A DNA stretch of 63,402 nucleotides, filler included, from Octopus bimaculoides (Eukaryota): NCBI RefSeq assembly GCF_001194135.2. It is 7 parts of 7 records of this genome, joined end to end, with 100 filler letters (N's around TTAATTAATTAA, not from the genome) between each part and the next. Parts side by side here need not be neighbours in the genome. Positions count along the whole stretch, not along the records: positions 9,701 to 12,406 come from NC_068991.1; positions 12,507 to 41,643 come from NC_068987.1; 5 more parts are not named here. One strand, given 5' to 3'. Positions 10,111 to 24,377 of the stretch are shown piece by piece. The position numbers and the translations under genes are program-made. Under the pieces are notes generated by a model, which saw nothing but the letters and a program-made list of their open reading frames with translations, was not told where the DNA came from and ran no database searches. Within the stretch, counting starts at the first letter, position 1. Each line of letters starts with the position of its first letter.

Positions 10111-12036
10111 TCTCGTTCGTTTCATTGATTCTGCTAGTTCCACCTCTCGATTTTTCTCTCACCCTCATTCTCTCTCTCCCTGCATATTATCTCATTTCTC
10201 ATCAATACCAAAGTCACTACCACTGCCGCCGCCACCACTGCCGTAACTACTACCTGTGTATTTCTTTATTTGAGTTATTTCTCTTTGCATTACACAAAAG
10301 GCAGGTTAACACATATTGTTGTTCCTCTTAGTATTATTAACGTTCGGGAAAACGAGCCATTTATTGATGATGTTAAAACTCAGCATATAGTGTCTGGAGT
10401 TAGACAGTTACCCCCAATATATTGTTTAATCTTATTTAGGAATTGTCATTGATTGAATAAATTGTTAGTTAGATTGTCAGCTGAAGGCTCGCTGTTCAGA
10501 CATTGTCATATATATCGGCGCATGTCTGTATCTAAAACTTCAAGGACATTGTACAAATATTATATAGCCCTCTGACCGGCGTCAGACGTGAGAGTACAGT
10601 AATATAAGGAATATTTTGCGAGTGTGATGAATTTAGCCTTTTCCGTTGTAACCATTCAGAGAAAGAGAGGTCCTGCCAGATTGACCATTTCTAGATACAT
10701 CACATGAAATGAAGAAGAGCCACTTAGTGCAAATGGACTCACCATCATTTTAACGGACCGATAATGATAATTTTTTAACTGAGAGCTGTAAACTCTCCAG
10801 TAACTAACGATTCAATCATAAACTACTTTTAATAAAACATTACTGTTTCGCCTGTAAGATGTTTAATAATCTTATAGGAATAAACGAAATCATTGCCGTC
10901 TATAATTCATTCATTGAACGTTGAACATCCAGTAACCGAAATGAAGTGCAATGGTTTTAACTGAGGGTCAAATTTAAGTTGCTAACTCGGGGTATTTTTT
11001 TTCAAATTATGCCACCTAAGGACGCTCTGTGCAGCGGAATGTAACAGCATGTTCCAGATCTGAGCCTGTTAAGGCAGATATATAGCAAAAGCAAAACAGA
11101 TTAACTTGCATTACCAGAATGGATACAATCACATGGACCAGTTTATTGCTATTACCATCTCAGAACTGATTCAATTCGTGTTTTATTCTTTCTTTGACAA
11201 TTTCATTTGAAGGACCCTACATTCAATTCGTAGAGCAATATCTAAGTTACCGACCCGACTTCTACTTCAAGTGGAAGTCATTTCTTTCCACTGACATCAT
11301 TAATATTCATATGAAAAGTTCCACTTTCCAATTTCTACTTCTATTTTAAATATAAATCTTCCAGCTTTTCAAAAGATTCTGGCATTGTGCTCCTGTATGG
11401 GTAATATTTTCAAAATATATCAACGATTAGAAATTGCAAGATTATGACGTATTTTGCTTTGATAAATTTATTTGTGTACAATTTGTGACGTAAATGTTAA
11501 CACTAAATGCAATGATATATATTAAAACAAATGCCTACTTTTATAAATCAGAAATTATTGATGTGAAGAAAATAATAAAGGTGTTTAGATTGTCACTATG
11601 AATGTTCAATATTTCAAAAAGCATATAACTGTGAAGCAGATAGATTCGATGCTTTATGCTGTCTGGTTCTTAGAAGAAGTAATTTTTGTTTGTTGACAGA
11701 TATACTTTGTGTTGGTAGATTGATATAACTAGCGATTTAAAAAAACAAATGTTTGCTTGTGAACATATAATAAAAGAAACAAAAAGAAAACGTTCTTAGG
11801 TAATTTAAAGTAAACAGTTTAGAGTCTCTTGGGACCCACCGAATTCAACTTTCCTTCTTTGATGTCAATATAAACGCCAAAGTGATATCCATTTTTGTAT
11901 ATTTTAATCTATCATTTAGTGACTAGAAAATTGCCATTTTACCACAGATTCAGTTGGAAGACTAAGCCAAACCCCATGAATCAATAAGAATAAAGTAAAA
12001 CTTATTCTCTGAATTGGGATTGAGTTTTATATTAGA

Positions 12037-12406
12037 CTAGCAGAAGTGCCCGGCGTTGCTCGGGGCTTAATTGTTTTAAAGTACTGTTGATGATTCTACT
12101 CAATTATGATTATTGAGGGAAAGATTGCTATAAGTTGAAAACCAACCAATCAATTTGCAACTGGACAGAAAGCCTTGCCTAGAGCACTGCAGCACTCTGA
12201 GAAGTGGGTAACAATAGAATGTGAGGTGGCCCTGAAAAAGCTGTTTTATTGTTCTCACAATTGTAACTATGTCTTAGCAATGCAGATGACTTAAGACACG
12301 CACGTACTGTACCAGCTCTATTCTCCTTGGGAATAACTGGCAGTGTTTGCCTGAAGTCCCCTGAAAGAAGAAGTGTTATGCCTCCCATGGGAACTGTAGA
12401 GTCTTT
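12037..12406 (-). mobile_element. Helitron remnant: PIF1-like helicase fragment plus canonical 3' end
   Basis: ORF 12388-12179 reads MGGITLLLSGDFRQTLPVIP...ACLKSS (the GDFRQ-LPV motif of Helitron/PIF1 helicases). The minus-strand end is the hairpin CCCGAGCAACGCCGGG (12064-12049), then CACTTCTG, then CTAG (12040-12037) followed by T. Confidence 0.85.
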
Positions 12407-12599
12407 NNNNNNNNNNNNNNNNNNNNNNNNNNNNNNNNNNNNNNNNNNNNTTAATTAATTAANNNNNNNNNNNNNNNNNNNNNNNNNNNNNNNNNNNNNN
12501 NNNNNNATGTATTGATTCATGAAGAAAATTCAACAAAAGAAGAATTCCATCTGGTGAAAGCTAAGTGTTATTTTTTAATTAAGCTCACAATACATATAT

Positions 12600-13500
12600 A
12601 AACGCGCTACTAATTGTTTCATATGTTGAGAGAAATCAAAGATATTCTTCAGGCGCAAACACATATCATAAGGAACTGAAGAAATTGAATAATAGAAGAA
12701 ACGCGAAAAAACGAAAAAGGCAGCATATAGAAAACGCAGACAGTAAACAACGGAAAACGAAAAACAGAATCTAAAATGTCAAAAATAAAAAGTAAAAAGG
12801 TAAAAAAAGTCAGTCAGGAATAGACGGAATTTTCCAATTCCTCAGAATATAATTATACATATGCATGCAGCCATTGAAAATTACTAGACCTGGAGTTCAA
12901 TAGAGTCTTAGATTTGAACGAGATCAGCGCTCCTTCAACCAAACAAGTCTACATTTATCCGATCCATTCACATAAGGTATGGATTTCTGAAGTACTTTCC
13001 ATTTAATCGCATGCGGTGTTTCATTATCTTTCAAAGTTTATATGTAACTTGCCAATTTAATAGTTTTACTTTGTCCATTTGTCGGAAGGTTTTTAACGGT
13101 TTTTAAATCTCTTTCACATTATCCAATATAGTCCTTCTATTATTATTCAGGGTTGCAGTCACTTTTGCCTTATAGATGAAAGATTTAGTCGTAAAAGAAT
13201 TGGTCAAGTGGACAGGATCCTGGGTCGATACAGTTGCAACTGGAATCAGGTTCTTGGTATTGACAACGTGGAGCAGCAGATTTATGATAATTTTATAGAA
13301 CTCCTATAACATGCTTTCCTTATCTGTGAGTGGCTGGAATGTGTTTGTCTAGGAGTGGCAGGAATCTTTTACCGATGTTAGTTTTTATATCAAGGGAAAA
13401 GGGAGGGGCGAACCAAATAGTTTTCCCTGGGCTAGTTTTAGGTTTCTTGATGCTATCTGTGGGATTCTCAGCTTTAGCTGCTATTTCTGAACTTCGGTAT
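12600..13500 (-). mobile_element. Penelope-like element remnant 1: linker, GIY-YIG endonuclease and 3' region with a hammerhead
   Basis: Frameshifted minus-strand peptides: TIWFAPPFSLDIKTNIGKRFLPLLDKH (from 13421), CNCIDPGSCPLD (about 13238), TTKSFIYKAKV (13177), KDYIG (13130-13122), KLASYI*TLKDNETPHAIKWKVLQKSIPYVNGSDKCRL. These match PLE linker and GIY-YIG patterns. Confidence 0.85.
12603..12657 (-). ncRNA. Type I minimal hammerhead ribozyme, all core nucleotides intact
   Basis: T GCGC CTGAAGA ATAT CT TTGA TTTCTC TCAA C ATAT GAAA C AATTA G T A / GCGC G. Stem I is GCGC/GCGC, stem II has 4+4 bp, stem III has 2 bp, and the GUA triplet predicts cleavage between 12608 and 12607. Confidence 0.75.
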
Positions 13501-14049
13501 ATGGTGAGGCAAGTATTTGCTGATCCCTTAATTATATTTATATATATATTTATTTATTTATTTATTTATGTGTTTCAGCCAAGTGGCTGCGGTCATGCTG
13601 ATGCACCACCGTGATTTTCACGTTCCTCGCATGGCTCTTCTCCCCCACCTGATATGGTCCAATTTATATATTTACATATATTTACATATNNNNNNNNNNN
13701 NNNNNNNNNNNNNNNNNNNNNNNNNNNNNNNNNNNNNNNNNNNNNNNNNNNNNNNNNNNNNNNNNNNNNNNNNNNNNNNNNNNNNNNNNNNNNNNNNNNN
13801 NNNNNNNNNNNNNNNNNNNNNNNNNNNNNNNNNNNNNNNNNNNNNNNNNNNNNNNNNNNNNNNNNNNNNNNNNNNNNNNNNNNNNNNNNNNNNNNNNNNN
13901 NNNNNNNNNNNATATATATATATATACATATATATATGTATTTAAACATATTTATTTACGCATATAGACACAGATACATATACATACGTACATGCATATA
14001 TATGTACATATATACATACATATTTGTGACAAATATGTTTTCTTATGCG

Positions 14050-15345
14050 CATTAGTATGCATCGAATTTGTTCCTGAACTTAGTAGACAAAGCAATATAG
14101 TATGTGTCGGAACATTTGCAGATGACGCAATGCACGAGGTTGAAGTGTTTGCTGAAGAAGGTTTGTATTATAATGTGATTCGGTTTAGGGCTGGTGATCA
14201 TTGTAACTTTTTTTAACGTTCAGGCAGTTAAGATGCATACTCAGCGAACTCACTTCAAAGTAACATGTTGGAGTAAATGGACACAATAAAACTTCTTACG
14301 ATGAGAGTGCTAAGGGGTCTGTCTTTACTGAAAGGAAGAAGAGGTTACAATTTGAGATGCGGTGTGATTATGGTGTTGAGAATGCAGGATTTCGAGGCTC
14401 TGGATGAGTGTTTGCTTCAATAGAACGATGGATCGATGAAAGTGTTTAAATAGGAATCTTGTCTGTAGGTGCACATAACGGAAACAGCAGAGCGGTGACA
14501 CGAGTCCCACTGAATGTAGGTCCCATGCATGCAGATCAAGATTACCGTCGTTTGAAGAAGAAATGTAGTATTCTCATAGTGTGATACGAAATCCCAATTT
14601 ATGACACTCAGTAGCCAAAACCGAAGAAACTGAGAGAATATTTTGGCAGATTAAATGTATTCAGGGCGAGAGAAAGAGAAATGATATGTATATTGGGACA
14701 AGATATAGTTGTAGTGAAATGTAAGTTGACTTGAAGTTGCCTGAAGAGTTCAGGTGCGTAGTGTTTTCAGTAAGAGACATAACAGTGAAGGCAAAATCCA
14801 AGGTGTAATGGAATGAAGTGAACCTAACACACCTAGAGAAATGAGCCGAATACACTGCTCTTTTATGAGTGTGGTAGCATTCAGACAGTCATTGATACTC
14901 TGATAATACAGGCATGGTGTGGCTTCCATGAATTAGACAACGATTTGTTCTTCAAATCGACCGCGGAAGAGGCCAAGCTATGATTCTCATAACGACTCGA
15001 CAATTTTCAAAATACTCTTGAAAAATGACAGCATCAAAGTGAAGGGAGAAACTCAGTTAAGCGGATGATTATTATGTTGCTGGAGGCAGTACTGAGTGGA
15101 TAACTGTGTAGAGTGATTTAATGTCCATTCACAAAAGGATCTAATGAGGTCCAGGTAAATGAGAAAACCTGTTTAGATCTTACCTGGTGACATAGATATA
15201 TAAGAGAAAGGTTGTGACGTGGATCGAGAGGAACATTCTAGATATGTAGAATTCTAGGTACGTAAAAAAGAAGTTCGGTGGGACAATTATAGCTGATGAT
15301 ACAGAGGCCAGGATTATAATCTGGTTTGTGAATTCGGGAATGAGG
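14050..15345 (-). mobile_element. Penelope-like element remnant 2: reverse transcriptase (RT) plus start of GIY-YIG endonuclease
   Basis: Peptides in order: RIHKPDYNPG (15336), CPTE, MDIKSLYTVI (15128-15099), RVVMR/FEEQI, PCLYYQSINDC (decayed YIDD, 14896-14885), SFHYTLDFAFT, SQFLR (14635-14621), NLVHCVICKCSDTYYI (14141-14094). This is the motif order of PLE RT and endonuclease. Confidence 0.85.
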
Positions 15346-16338
15346 TTGATGGTGGAGGTTTGGTATGTAACATATAAGTGTTTATATAAGCAACATTTTC
15401 AACAAATACTACACAAACAATCCATATATTGTGGTTCGTTTTTGCATTTATGTGCGGACTTCATAAAAGAAACGACGCACGCAGGTACAATATCTTTCGC
15501 ATTTATGAGTACACATGGTAGCACACATAGAAGCCCATACATGTAGGCACAGACATATTCTTCATGCATATATGTAATATATGTATGTATGTATATATAT
15601 ATATANNNNNNNNNNNNNNNNNNNNNNNNNNNNNNNNNNNNNNNNNNNNNNNNNNNNNNNNNNNNNNNNNNNNNNNNNNNNNNNNNNNNNNNNNNNNNNN
15701 NNNNNNNNNNNNNNNNNNNNNNNNNNNNNNNNNNNNNNNNNNNNNNNNNNNNNNNNNNNNNNNNNNNNNNNNNNNNNNNNNNNNNNNNNNNNNNNNNNNN
15801 NNNNNNNNNNNNNNNNNNNNNNNNNNNNNNNNNNNNNNNNNNNNNNNNNNNNNNNNNNNNNNNNNNNNNNNNNNNNNNNNNNNNNNNNNNNNNNNNNNNN
15901 NNNNNNNNNNNNNNNNNNNNNNNNNNNNNNNNNNNNNNNNNNNNNNNNNNNNNNNNNNNNNNNNNNNNNNNNNNNNNNNNNNNNNNNNNNNNNNNNNNNN
16001 NNNNNNNNNNNNNNNNNNNNNNNNNNNNNNNNNNNNNNNNNNNNNNNNNNNNNNNNNNNNNNNNNNNNNNNNNNNNNNNNNNNNNNNNNNNNNNNNNNNN
16101 NNNNNNNNNNNNNNNNNNNNNNNATATATGTATATATATATATACATACACATATATACATATATATCTTATATTTGTATTTTGTACTCATTCACTATAT
16201 CTTTTCATCGCTGATGTAATTACTTCTCTCTTCATATTTTGTCCTACTGTTTATTTGGCGTAATGATTCGTGTATACGTGTATGTAAGCATATATATATA
16301 ACTGTGTGTGTGGTGGGGTATATGTACGNNNNNNNNNN

Positions 16339-16402
<64 letters not shown>

Positions 16403-16917
16403 ATGTGTGTGTTATATAGAAAAATATACGCTGACGCAATAAATATCGGTCTGATCAAAGATAAGAATAACAAAATCCAATAATCCAATATTTTATTACA
16501 ATAATCTAATGTTAATTAAGATTTTCATCCGTGATACCATATTTTTGCTCAATCATTCCGATGTTTAACATTTTCGAAATAGAATTATGGGTGGCATTTC
16601 CCTTTTGTTTTCAAGATTATTATCCAATACTGTTTTTAATACACTTATCGGAACGAATACTAAACCTCATGATAGACTTAGTTTCATGTACAGGTGATAT
16701 ATCAGAAATCAGTGTAGGATATATATTAAATTCTGATCTTTTTTTTTATTCTACTGTATATATCTTCATTAGCACAGCTCTCGATTTGTAGGCAACATAC
16801 CGCTTTCCTCCAAAAGGTATTTGATCCTCATCATTAAAACTCCCCACTGAACTGAATATAATTTCTGTCTCTTTCTCCACCGCACTCTCCCCCTCTCTCT
16901 CTCTCCACCCTCATGCG

Positions 16918-16968
<51 letters not shown>

Positions 16969-19900
16969 TTTCTCCCTGTCTGTCTGTCCTTCTCTCTGTT
17001 TGTTTGTATGTACCATCTTCAGAAAGTAGTGTATTTTTTCCTTGTCTTACTACAGAACTTGCTAATTTTTATTATTACTATAATTTTCTGTTTTATGAAT
17101 GATAAAAATGTGACACAGTAAACTGAATTTTGGTAAAAAGCTGATAAAATTCAATGTTTAGACGGTCGAGTTATTCTCTAATCCATGTTTTAGTCAGAAC
17201 CAGTTTGAGCCGTTTTACATGTTTTCATGGAACCCTGTATTCTGAAAGTAATATTTTTTGTGACTAATCTGGAAGTCATGAATTCTATTTTTCTTCCATT
17301 GTTTGCAGATTCTTATTTCTTCTTATTTATGCTTGCTGACTTGGATTTACTTCCAAATTGCACAAATGTTATACTAATATGAACTTTCTCTGCGAAGATC
17401 AATGTTTTCTTATGAAAATATTCTTACAAATATACTTCTGGAGATATGCAAATTACAATGCAACCTGTGATCTATAGTTATATACACTACACAACAGAGG
17501 AATCTGGTTTATACATGCAGTATTTTGAAGTAATTAGAGTAAAGAAGCTATAGTAATCTCATTGCATGGAAATAGCACTTTAGTCTGTAATGAAACAGCA
17601 GTCGATTTTTCCGGTTCAACATATACCATTGCAGCCGTCGCATCGACCATTGCATTATTCAGTTAACCTTTGTCGAACTAATAGTTCCTATTTTAGGTGT
17701 TCTTGAAATAAATATAATAAAACTATCTTTCGACGACTACCGAAATCCTTTTGATGCTGAATGATCTTACAATATAAGTAATAGTTAGACAAATATAGCT
17801 CATTATGATTTAAATTTAGAAATAGTAGCGTTAAACTGCTTTTATATAAAAAATAAAATTAAATAAATCGCAAATATACTAGTCGAAAATAAGTTAATAG
17901 AATATTTGTGAATCACAATCTTTCCTAAATATTGCTGTGCATATAAACATGGTATTGTGGCCCTGATTTATAAACGCAATCTTTGAATTTACAAGACATG
18001 ATTAATGCTTCAAGGTTAGATGTTAACAGAAAGCAGTTGTTTGTTGCGAATTCTATTTACATTTAAGAGAACATATATTCTTGAAAATGGCACAATGCCA
18101 ACGTATTTGGTGAATCAATCTTCGCCAGATATAAGCTATATCTGTCATCATTAATATCTTTACCTCTTCCTCTTCTTTTACTTATTTACAATAACTAATC
18201 CCTTTATACGGTACATTAATAAGCATAATCTGAAAACTTAGACAATTCATTTGACGATGACCTCCAGCACTGCATTCTACAGTATTCTCTGTGCTTAAAA
18301 TCACTACATATTCCAGCGGTTCGATTTCCTCGCATATAATACGTGTCGCATATAATTCGAGGCAAGTCATTTACATATATGTGAAGAACATGAAATTGTA
18401 ATAACGTGATGATGAACCATGTCAACGACATTACCTTCATAATTGACTTTCTGTAATTGTGTCCGAAACACAATCGCTATAGCTTGTGCTTCTGGTAGCA
18501 GTTCCTAATTCCAACATATCTTTTTCATAACATTTATGATGAATAAAAGTACAAAACCTTTCAGAAGTGTTCCGTGTATGCGCTGTAAAAATGTCCTAAT
18601 ATTGGTGTTATTTAGAAAGTTGTACGCAATTCAAAGTTGCTATTGTTTGGCAGAATTACTTATCAATGATATCATTTCAGGTTCGGAACGCTAATAGTCT
18701 AACAGATTTGGTGGAGAATCTTAATGGTTTTAATTTATACATATGCCCTCAATTTTGAGCAGAGCAACCGACACCATCATCTTTAGTATTTGATTGGTGC
18801 TTTATTTTAATGACACTTGTAAGGAAGATCAATGTTGACATCAGCAGGTTTCGAGGTCAAATCATAAAGTACCCTCATAATTGCGACAGTTCACCTATTT
18901 CTCTTTAGAAACTATGCGTTCCTTAATAAACAATTGGTATTGAAAGATGAATGATTTTTCTGCTTGTCAGTTATTTTTGAAATCGATTAGTATTCGTAAT
19001 TTTCGTATTTATTTTTTCTGCCAGAAGGCAATATTTTTCAGCAATCAGGTACAAAATTCCTGGACAACCTGTCTATATATACAGGCCTGTATACATCTAC
19101 TGTTTTATCGTTGATATTTCATTTTGTGTATATAAGAAACACAGTTTTAAATGTATGCGGCTAAAAATTATGCTACGTTCTTCCACGGTAATAATTATCA
19201 CGAAACCATATGTTTCATGCAGCGTATTTAACCTCAAAGCCATGAAAAACAGACAGGCAGGTAAATGATGTTTATAGTTTCAAACGAAAATATATTTTAT
19301 TACATATATTTTGCTTATTTAATATAATTTTCCTCTTTACTATCGTCTAGGAGTGTAGTTATATTCCAAAAACACGTGTCAGCTGCATTTTAACTTTAAA
19401 CGTATATGTTACATCGTCGTTATATGTAAAAAAAAAATTAAAAAAAGGAAAACGAAGATGAACATAATGAATCTATGTAATTAAATGATTTTCTCGTTTG
19501 CAATTTTTCAAGGTGATGAAGGGTTTACAGTGATAGACTGTAAGATAAATAGACTGAGGTATATCATATTCTTCTGAAAACACACAAATTCTAGCATGAT
19601 GCATATATTTGCAAATTGCATAACATTATACACAGTCATCATATCCAAAGAAGAAAGAAAAAACGAAAACGAAGAATAACTATTTACACTCTCTCCCGCT
19701 TTCTCAATGTATGCATATACTTCCTTCTAACATAGACCAAGCTTTCCAGTCTCATTTCTATGTATATCGCTCTTCTGTTTCTCTTACTCTCTGTAGCCCC
19801 ACATTTTGCCTTATGCTGCCTATTTTCTCCACCTATCTTTCTCTATGTTTATCTTCTACGAAGTGTAATATCTATGTGTCCTCTCTCGTCTTACTTTTGT

Positions 19901-20588
19901 CATCACATTTCTCTTATTCTACTTCCTCCTCCTCAAATATTTCTATTATTTTCACCCTCTGCCTACATCTTTTACTCTGTTCTCAGACTCTTTACATAAA
20001 CTCTATAACTTATTCCTTTACATCCGCTATCTGTGTATTCCCTACCTCTTCTTTCTATTCTTTCTATATCTGTATATGTGTAGTCGCTTTCGTTACATAT
20101 ATGTGAGTATGTATATTTCTTTCATTATATGTATGTATGTATCTATGCATGCATATAGAAATCAGTCCGTCAATCTATCTATCTTTCTATCTATCTATCC
20201 ATCTCTCTAATATGTATATATGTGTGTGCGTGCGTATATATATANNNNNNNNNNNNNNNNNNNNNNNNNNNNNNNNNNNNNNNNNNNNNNNNNNNNNNNN
20301 NNNNNNNNNNNNNNNNNNNNNNNNNNNNNNNNNNNNNNNNNNNNNNNNNNNNNNNNNNNNNNNNNNNNNNNNNNNNNNNNNNNNNNNNNNNNNNNNNNNN
20401 NNNNNNNNNNNNNNNNNNNNNNNNNNNNNNNNNNNNNNNNNNNNNNNNNNNNNNNNNNNNNNNNNNNNNNNNNNNNNNNNNNNNNNNNNNNNNNNNNNNN
20501 NNNNNNNNNNNNNNNNNNNNNNNNNNNNNNNNNNNNNNNNNNNNNNNNNNNNNNNNNNNNNNNNNNNNNNNNNNNNNNNNNNNNATAT

Positions 20589-20662
<74 letters not shown>
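20589..20662. repeat. (GATA)n microsatellite
   Basis: Read directly from the sequence. Confidence 0.95.
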
Positions 20663-20663
<1 letters not shown>

Positions 20664-21432
20664 TGTCCATATATATGTGTGTGTGCGTCTGCATATTTAC
20701 ATACATATACACACACACTTAAACCGCCCCACATACACATATTTGTACATTCCTTACATTGATAATGATACAATATTTATGCATCCTGTAGGGCTTCTAA
20801 TCTTGAATATTTAAAAAAAATATTTATTAAAAATATTTAACAATAAAACCGTAGCATAAGACACTGCAAACTCTACATTACATGGTGAAATCTATTCGAT
20901 AAAATAAAAGACGACATAAAGATAAAATAATATAATATGAACTCTCCAATGTGTTAGATTGCTTTGCAGAGTATAAAAGGAAATTTTGTGTGTAAAATTA
21001 TGTTTGAGTGTTTGAATAGTAGTACCATATTCATTGAAGCTTTAGATTTCATAACATACGAGATGGTCTTAATCGAGATTTACATTATTATGCATTCAGC
21101 ATTATATGTTGCTGAAAGGCTAGAAATAAAAACACAACCCTCGCTCACACCGCTTCCCGTGTTGTTGATAGCCGCGCGATTATTGAGAGAGAGAGATGAG
21201 AGCCTTATGAAGTTTCATATAACATTCATCAAACCAAAGATAAAACGCTGCTTCAAGGTGAATGAAACAGAGAATTAAAGGAAATAGAATGCCAGTAACT
21301 CTGCTGTATTTGACTGTGTGCATACAGAGAAACACACAGACGCACACGCATATCACATATACGTGTGTGTGTATACGCATGCGTACAGACATATATTTAT
21401 ATGTATATATTGATATTTATATATGTATATAT

Positions 21433-21488
<56 letters not shown>

Positions 21489-22332
21489 ACATATATGTGT
21501 ATACCTTGTATATCTATATGCATACACATATACATATGTATATATATATATATGTTTATATACACATCTACGGGGTTTACGGAGACATGTGTCCACATTC
21601 ATATGCATAACACAAAATCACACATTTCGTTTGTCGTATCAGTGTGTGCATGTGTTTAAATATAAATGTGTGTAGATGAAAACGATTTATACATGTAACA
21701 GATACATGTTTACACATGCACCTAGATCACTGTGACTGCATAGGCGTGTACTATAATCGCATAGAAACAGACGCACGCATAAATACACACTCATAAAAAT
21801 GTTTTTTAGTAATACTGCTTGTGTGTGAGTGCGTGAGGACGTGGTGTCTTGCTTCTCTTGATCATGGCGTGTTTGCATACGCAGAAAAAATGATATGACG
21901 GAGAAGACTATGACAGAAAGCTGGGTAAAAACAGTCCCGTTATTTCCTGATTCGGATTCATCTGCTATTTTCTGTCAGAATGAAATTAAATGTGTTCTAA
22001 CCATCGTTGGATATCTTCCAATATGTCAATGTTGTATAAATACACATACATGCAAGCGCACATACGTATATATATATATGCATGTATGTATATATATACA
22101 CCATCAAATATGCATAAATTTACACATATAGATACAAACACATAATTAAAAACTTATACGACACATACATTCTCCAACTATCATTATTCAGAATTATCGC
22201 AATCTAGATATCTCTCCGGCAGATATTTTCTTATATGTGCTACGTTGTAGAATACGTTTTGGACTGGCTTACATAATACACACACACACACATACACACA
22301 CACAAACCTATATATGCACACGTACACAGACA

Positions 22333-22373
<41 letters not shown>

Positions 22374-24345
22374 CACTTCGTGTTAATTCGCTTCCGCGAT
22401 CAAGGCCAACATCGGTTACAACAAATCCCAAAACCACACCAATAATACTAGCAAATTTTTCAGCCAGGACACAGAAGAATGTATTAATTTATAGCGATAT
22501 TTTGCTGCTAAAATCTTCTAAATTTTTCTAAACCTTATATGAAGCTTTGAATGTATTAATTTTAAACCAAATCGAAACCGCTTCATCAAATGTGCTCTTT
22601 TCTCAGGCGAAAATTGCTGTTGCTATTCCATGTATGGCAGAGTAGATTATTTTACACTAGGATTTAAGCTAGAAATGGAAGTTTGAAAACGAAACGAATA
22701 TGTGACACCAACTATGTTGTGATAGCAAAGAATGGAGACTGTATAAAAAAATGTGGAACGCATTCCGTTAATAAAGTTATACTGTTTGACTTCGAAAATA
22801 GTGTAAACATGTTTCGACGGGTCGTATGAAAGGCATACACGAGAAATGAGGCATCCGGTGGTTGTTAGATTTACTGCATTTCGAAAGATACCGAATATTA
22901 TGAGATTTGCTGCAACGGAAATAAATCACTATAAACTCAAGTCAATCTTCCATTCATTGTAATTATAAAGAGAATAATTTCATTTGATATGGAAAACATT
23001 TCAAGAGGAAATTCCATCGAAGCAATTGGTACTTCCGTATATTCAGTTGTGTTTCGTCAACCTCAGAAACATGAGAAGAGGTTTATTATCAATTTCAAAT
23101 TTTGAGTGCTGCAGATCTGAGGTATGATCTATCTATTAATACAAATAAACATAAATACTTGTTGGCCGGACGAGTGTGAATATTAGAGTAGTAATTCTTG
23201 AAGATAACGCAAATACCTCACTTTAAAAAACTTTGGACTAATTTACAAATTGGTCAAAGAATACTTCGCTTACAATAGCAAAAGCAGTAGTATTTGTTCA
23301 TTATTCTAGGAAGTAGTAGAAAAACGCGAATTCCGAGAAAAGAAAATAGGTTCGAACTCAACACTTTGAATTCTGTCGTAGAGGAGCATATTTTAGCTTC
23401 CAGCAACATGTGATAAAAGCTATTTAAACATACAAGATTGTATAGAGAATAACAATCTGAGTCACATATATGTGTACTACATATATGTATATGGAAGTGT
23501 ATATGCGTGAGTGTATGTGCGTACACGTGTGTACTTGTACGTGTGTAAGCGCATATATATGTATATCTATCCAGCTATATATATATATATATATATATAT
23601 ATANNNNNNNNNNNNNNNNNNNNNNNNNNNNNNNNNNNNNNNNNNNNNNNNNNNNNNNNNNNNNNNNNNNNNNNNNNNNNNNNNNNNNNNNNNNNNNNNN
23701 NNNNNNNNNNNNNNNNNNNNNNNNNNNNNNNNNNNNNNNNNNNNNNNNNNNNNNNNNNNNNNNNNNNNNNNNNNNNNNNNNNNNNNNNNNNNNNNNNNNN
23801 NNNNNNNNNNNNNNNNNNNNNNNNNNNNNNNNNNNNNNNNNNNNNNNNNNNNNNNNNNNNNNNNNNNNNNNNNNNNNNNNNNNNNNNNNNNNNNNNNNNN
23901 NNNNNNNNNNNNNNNNNNNNNNNNNNNNNNNNNNNNNNNNNNNNNNNNNNNNNNNNNNNNNNNNNNNNNNNNTATATATATATATACAGTGGACAATGTT
24001 GTTTCTGAAGTCTTCCTGTAACATCGTTGAAAGCTTGAAGTAGGTCGTAATTAACAGTCAACAACTGAGGAGGTGTTAGACTACTTTTGGTAATTTTTCC
24101 CGTACTTGTTTCTCATGTGCTTACGTATTTTGGATTTTTGGTGTGTCCTTTTTTTATTGTATATTTTAGGACTTATTTGTCTTGTACTTATTGCTCATCG
24201 TGTGCTTATCTACGTAATTTTCAGTCGTTGGTAAAGTCCTGTACTTGATGTACAGGGCATCACAAACACTGTTACTCAGATTCCAATGTAGACAGACATA
24301 CTGACAGGCAACTGTGCGACAGAGAGATAGACAAAGAGAGAGAGG

Positions 24346-24377
<32 letters not shown>

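Noticed and set aside
10480-10780. Possible CR1/L2-like RT traces on the minus strand (also 44740-45120)
   Set aside because: There are only two or three short, weak peptide resemblances, which cannot be supported without an HMM search.
16430-16800. Hydrophobic open stretches that might be an exon
   Set aside because: There is no family resemblance, and AT-rich DNA yields such frames by chance.
21262-21675. ORFs rich in YI/HT/CV/LS repeats here and throughout (e.g. 36037-36504, 47683-48204, 62558-63176)
   Set aside because: These are translations of (TA)n, (CA)n, (CATA)n, (GA)n and (GATA)n microsatellites.
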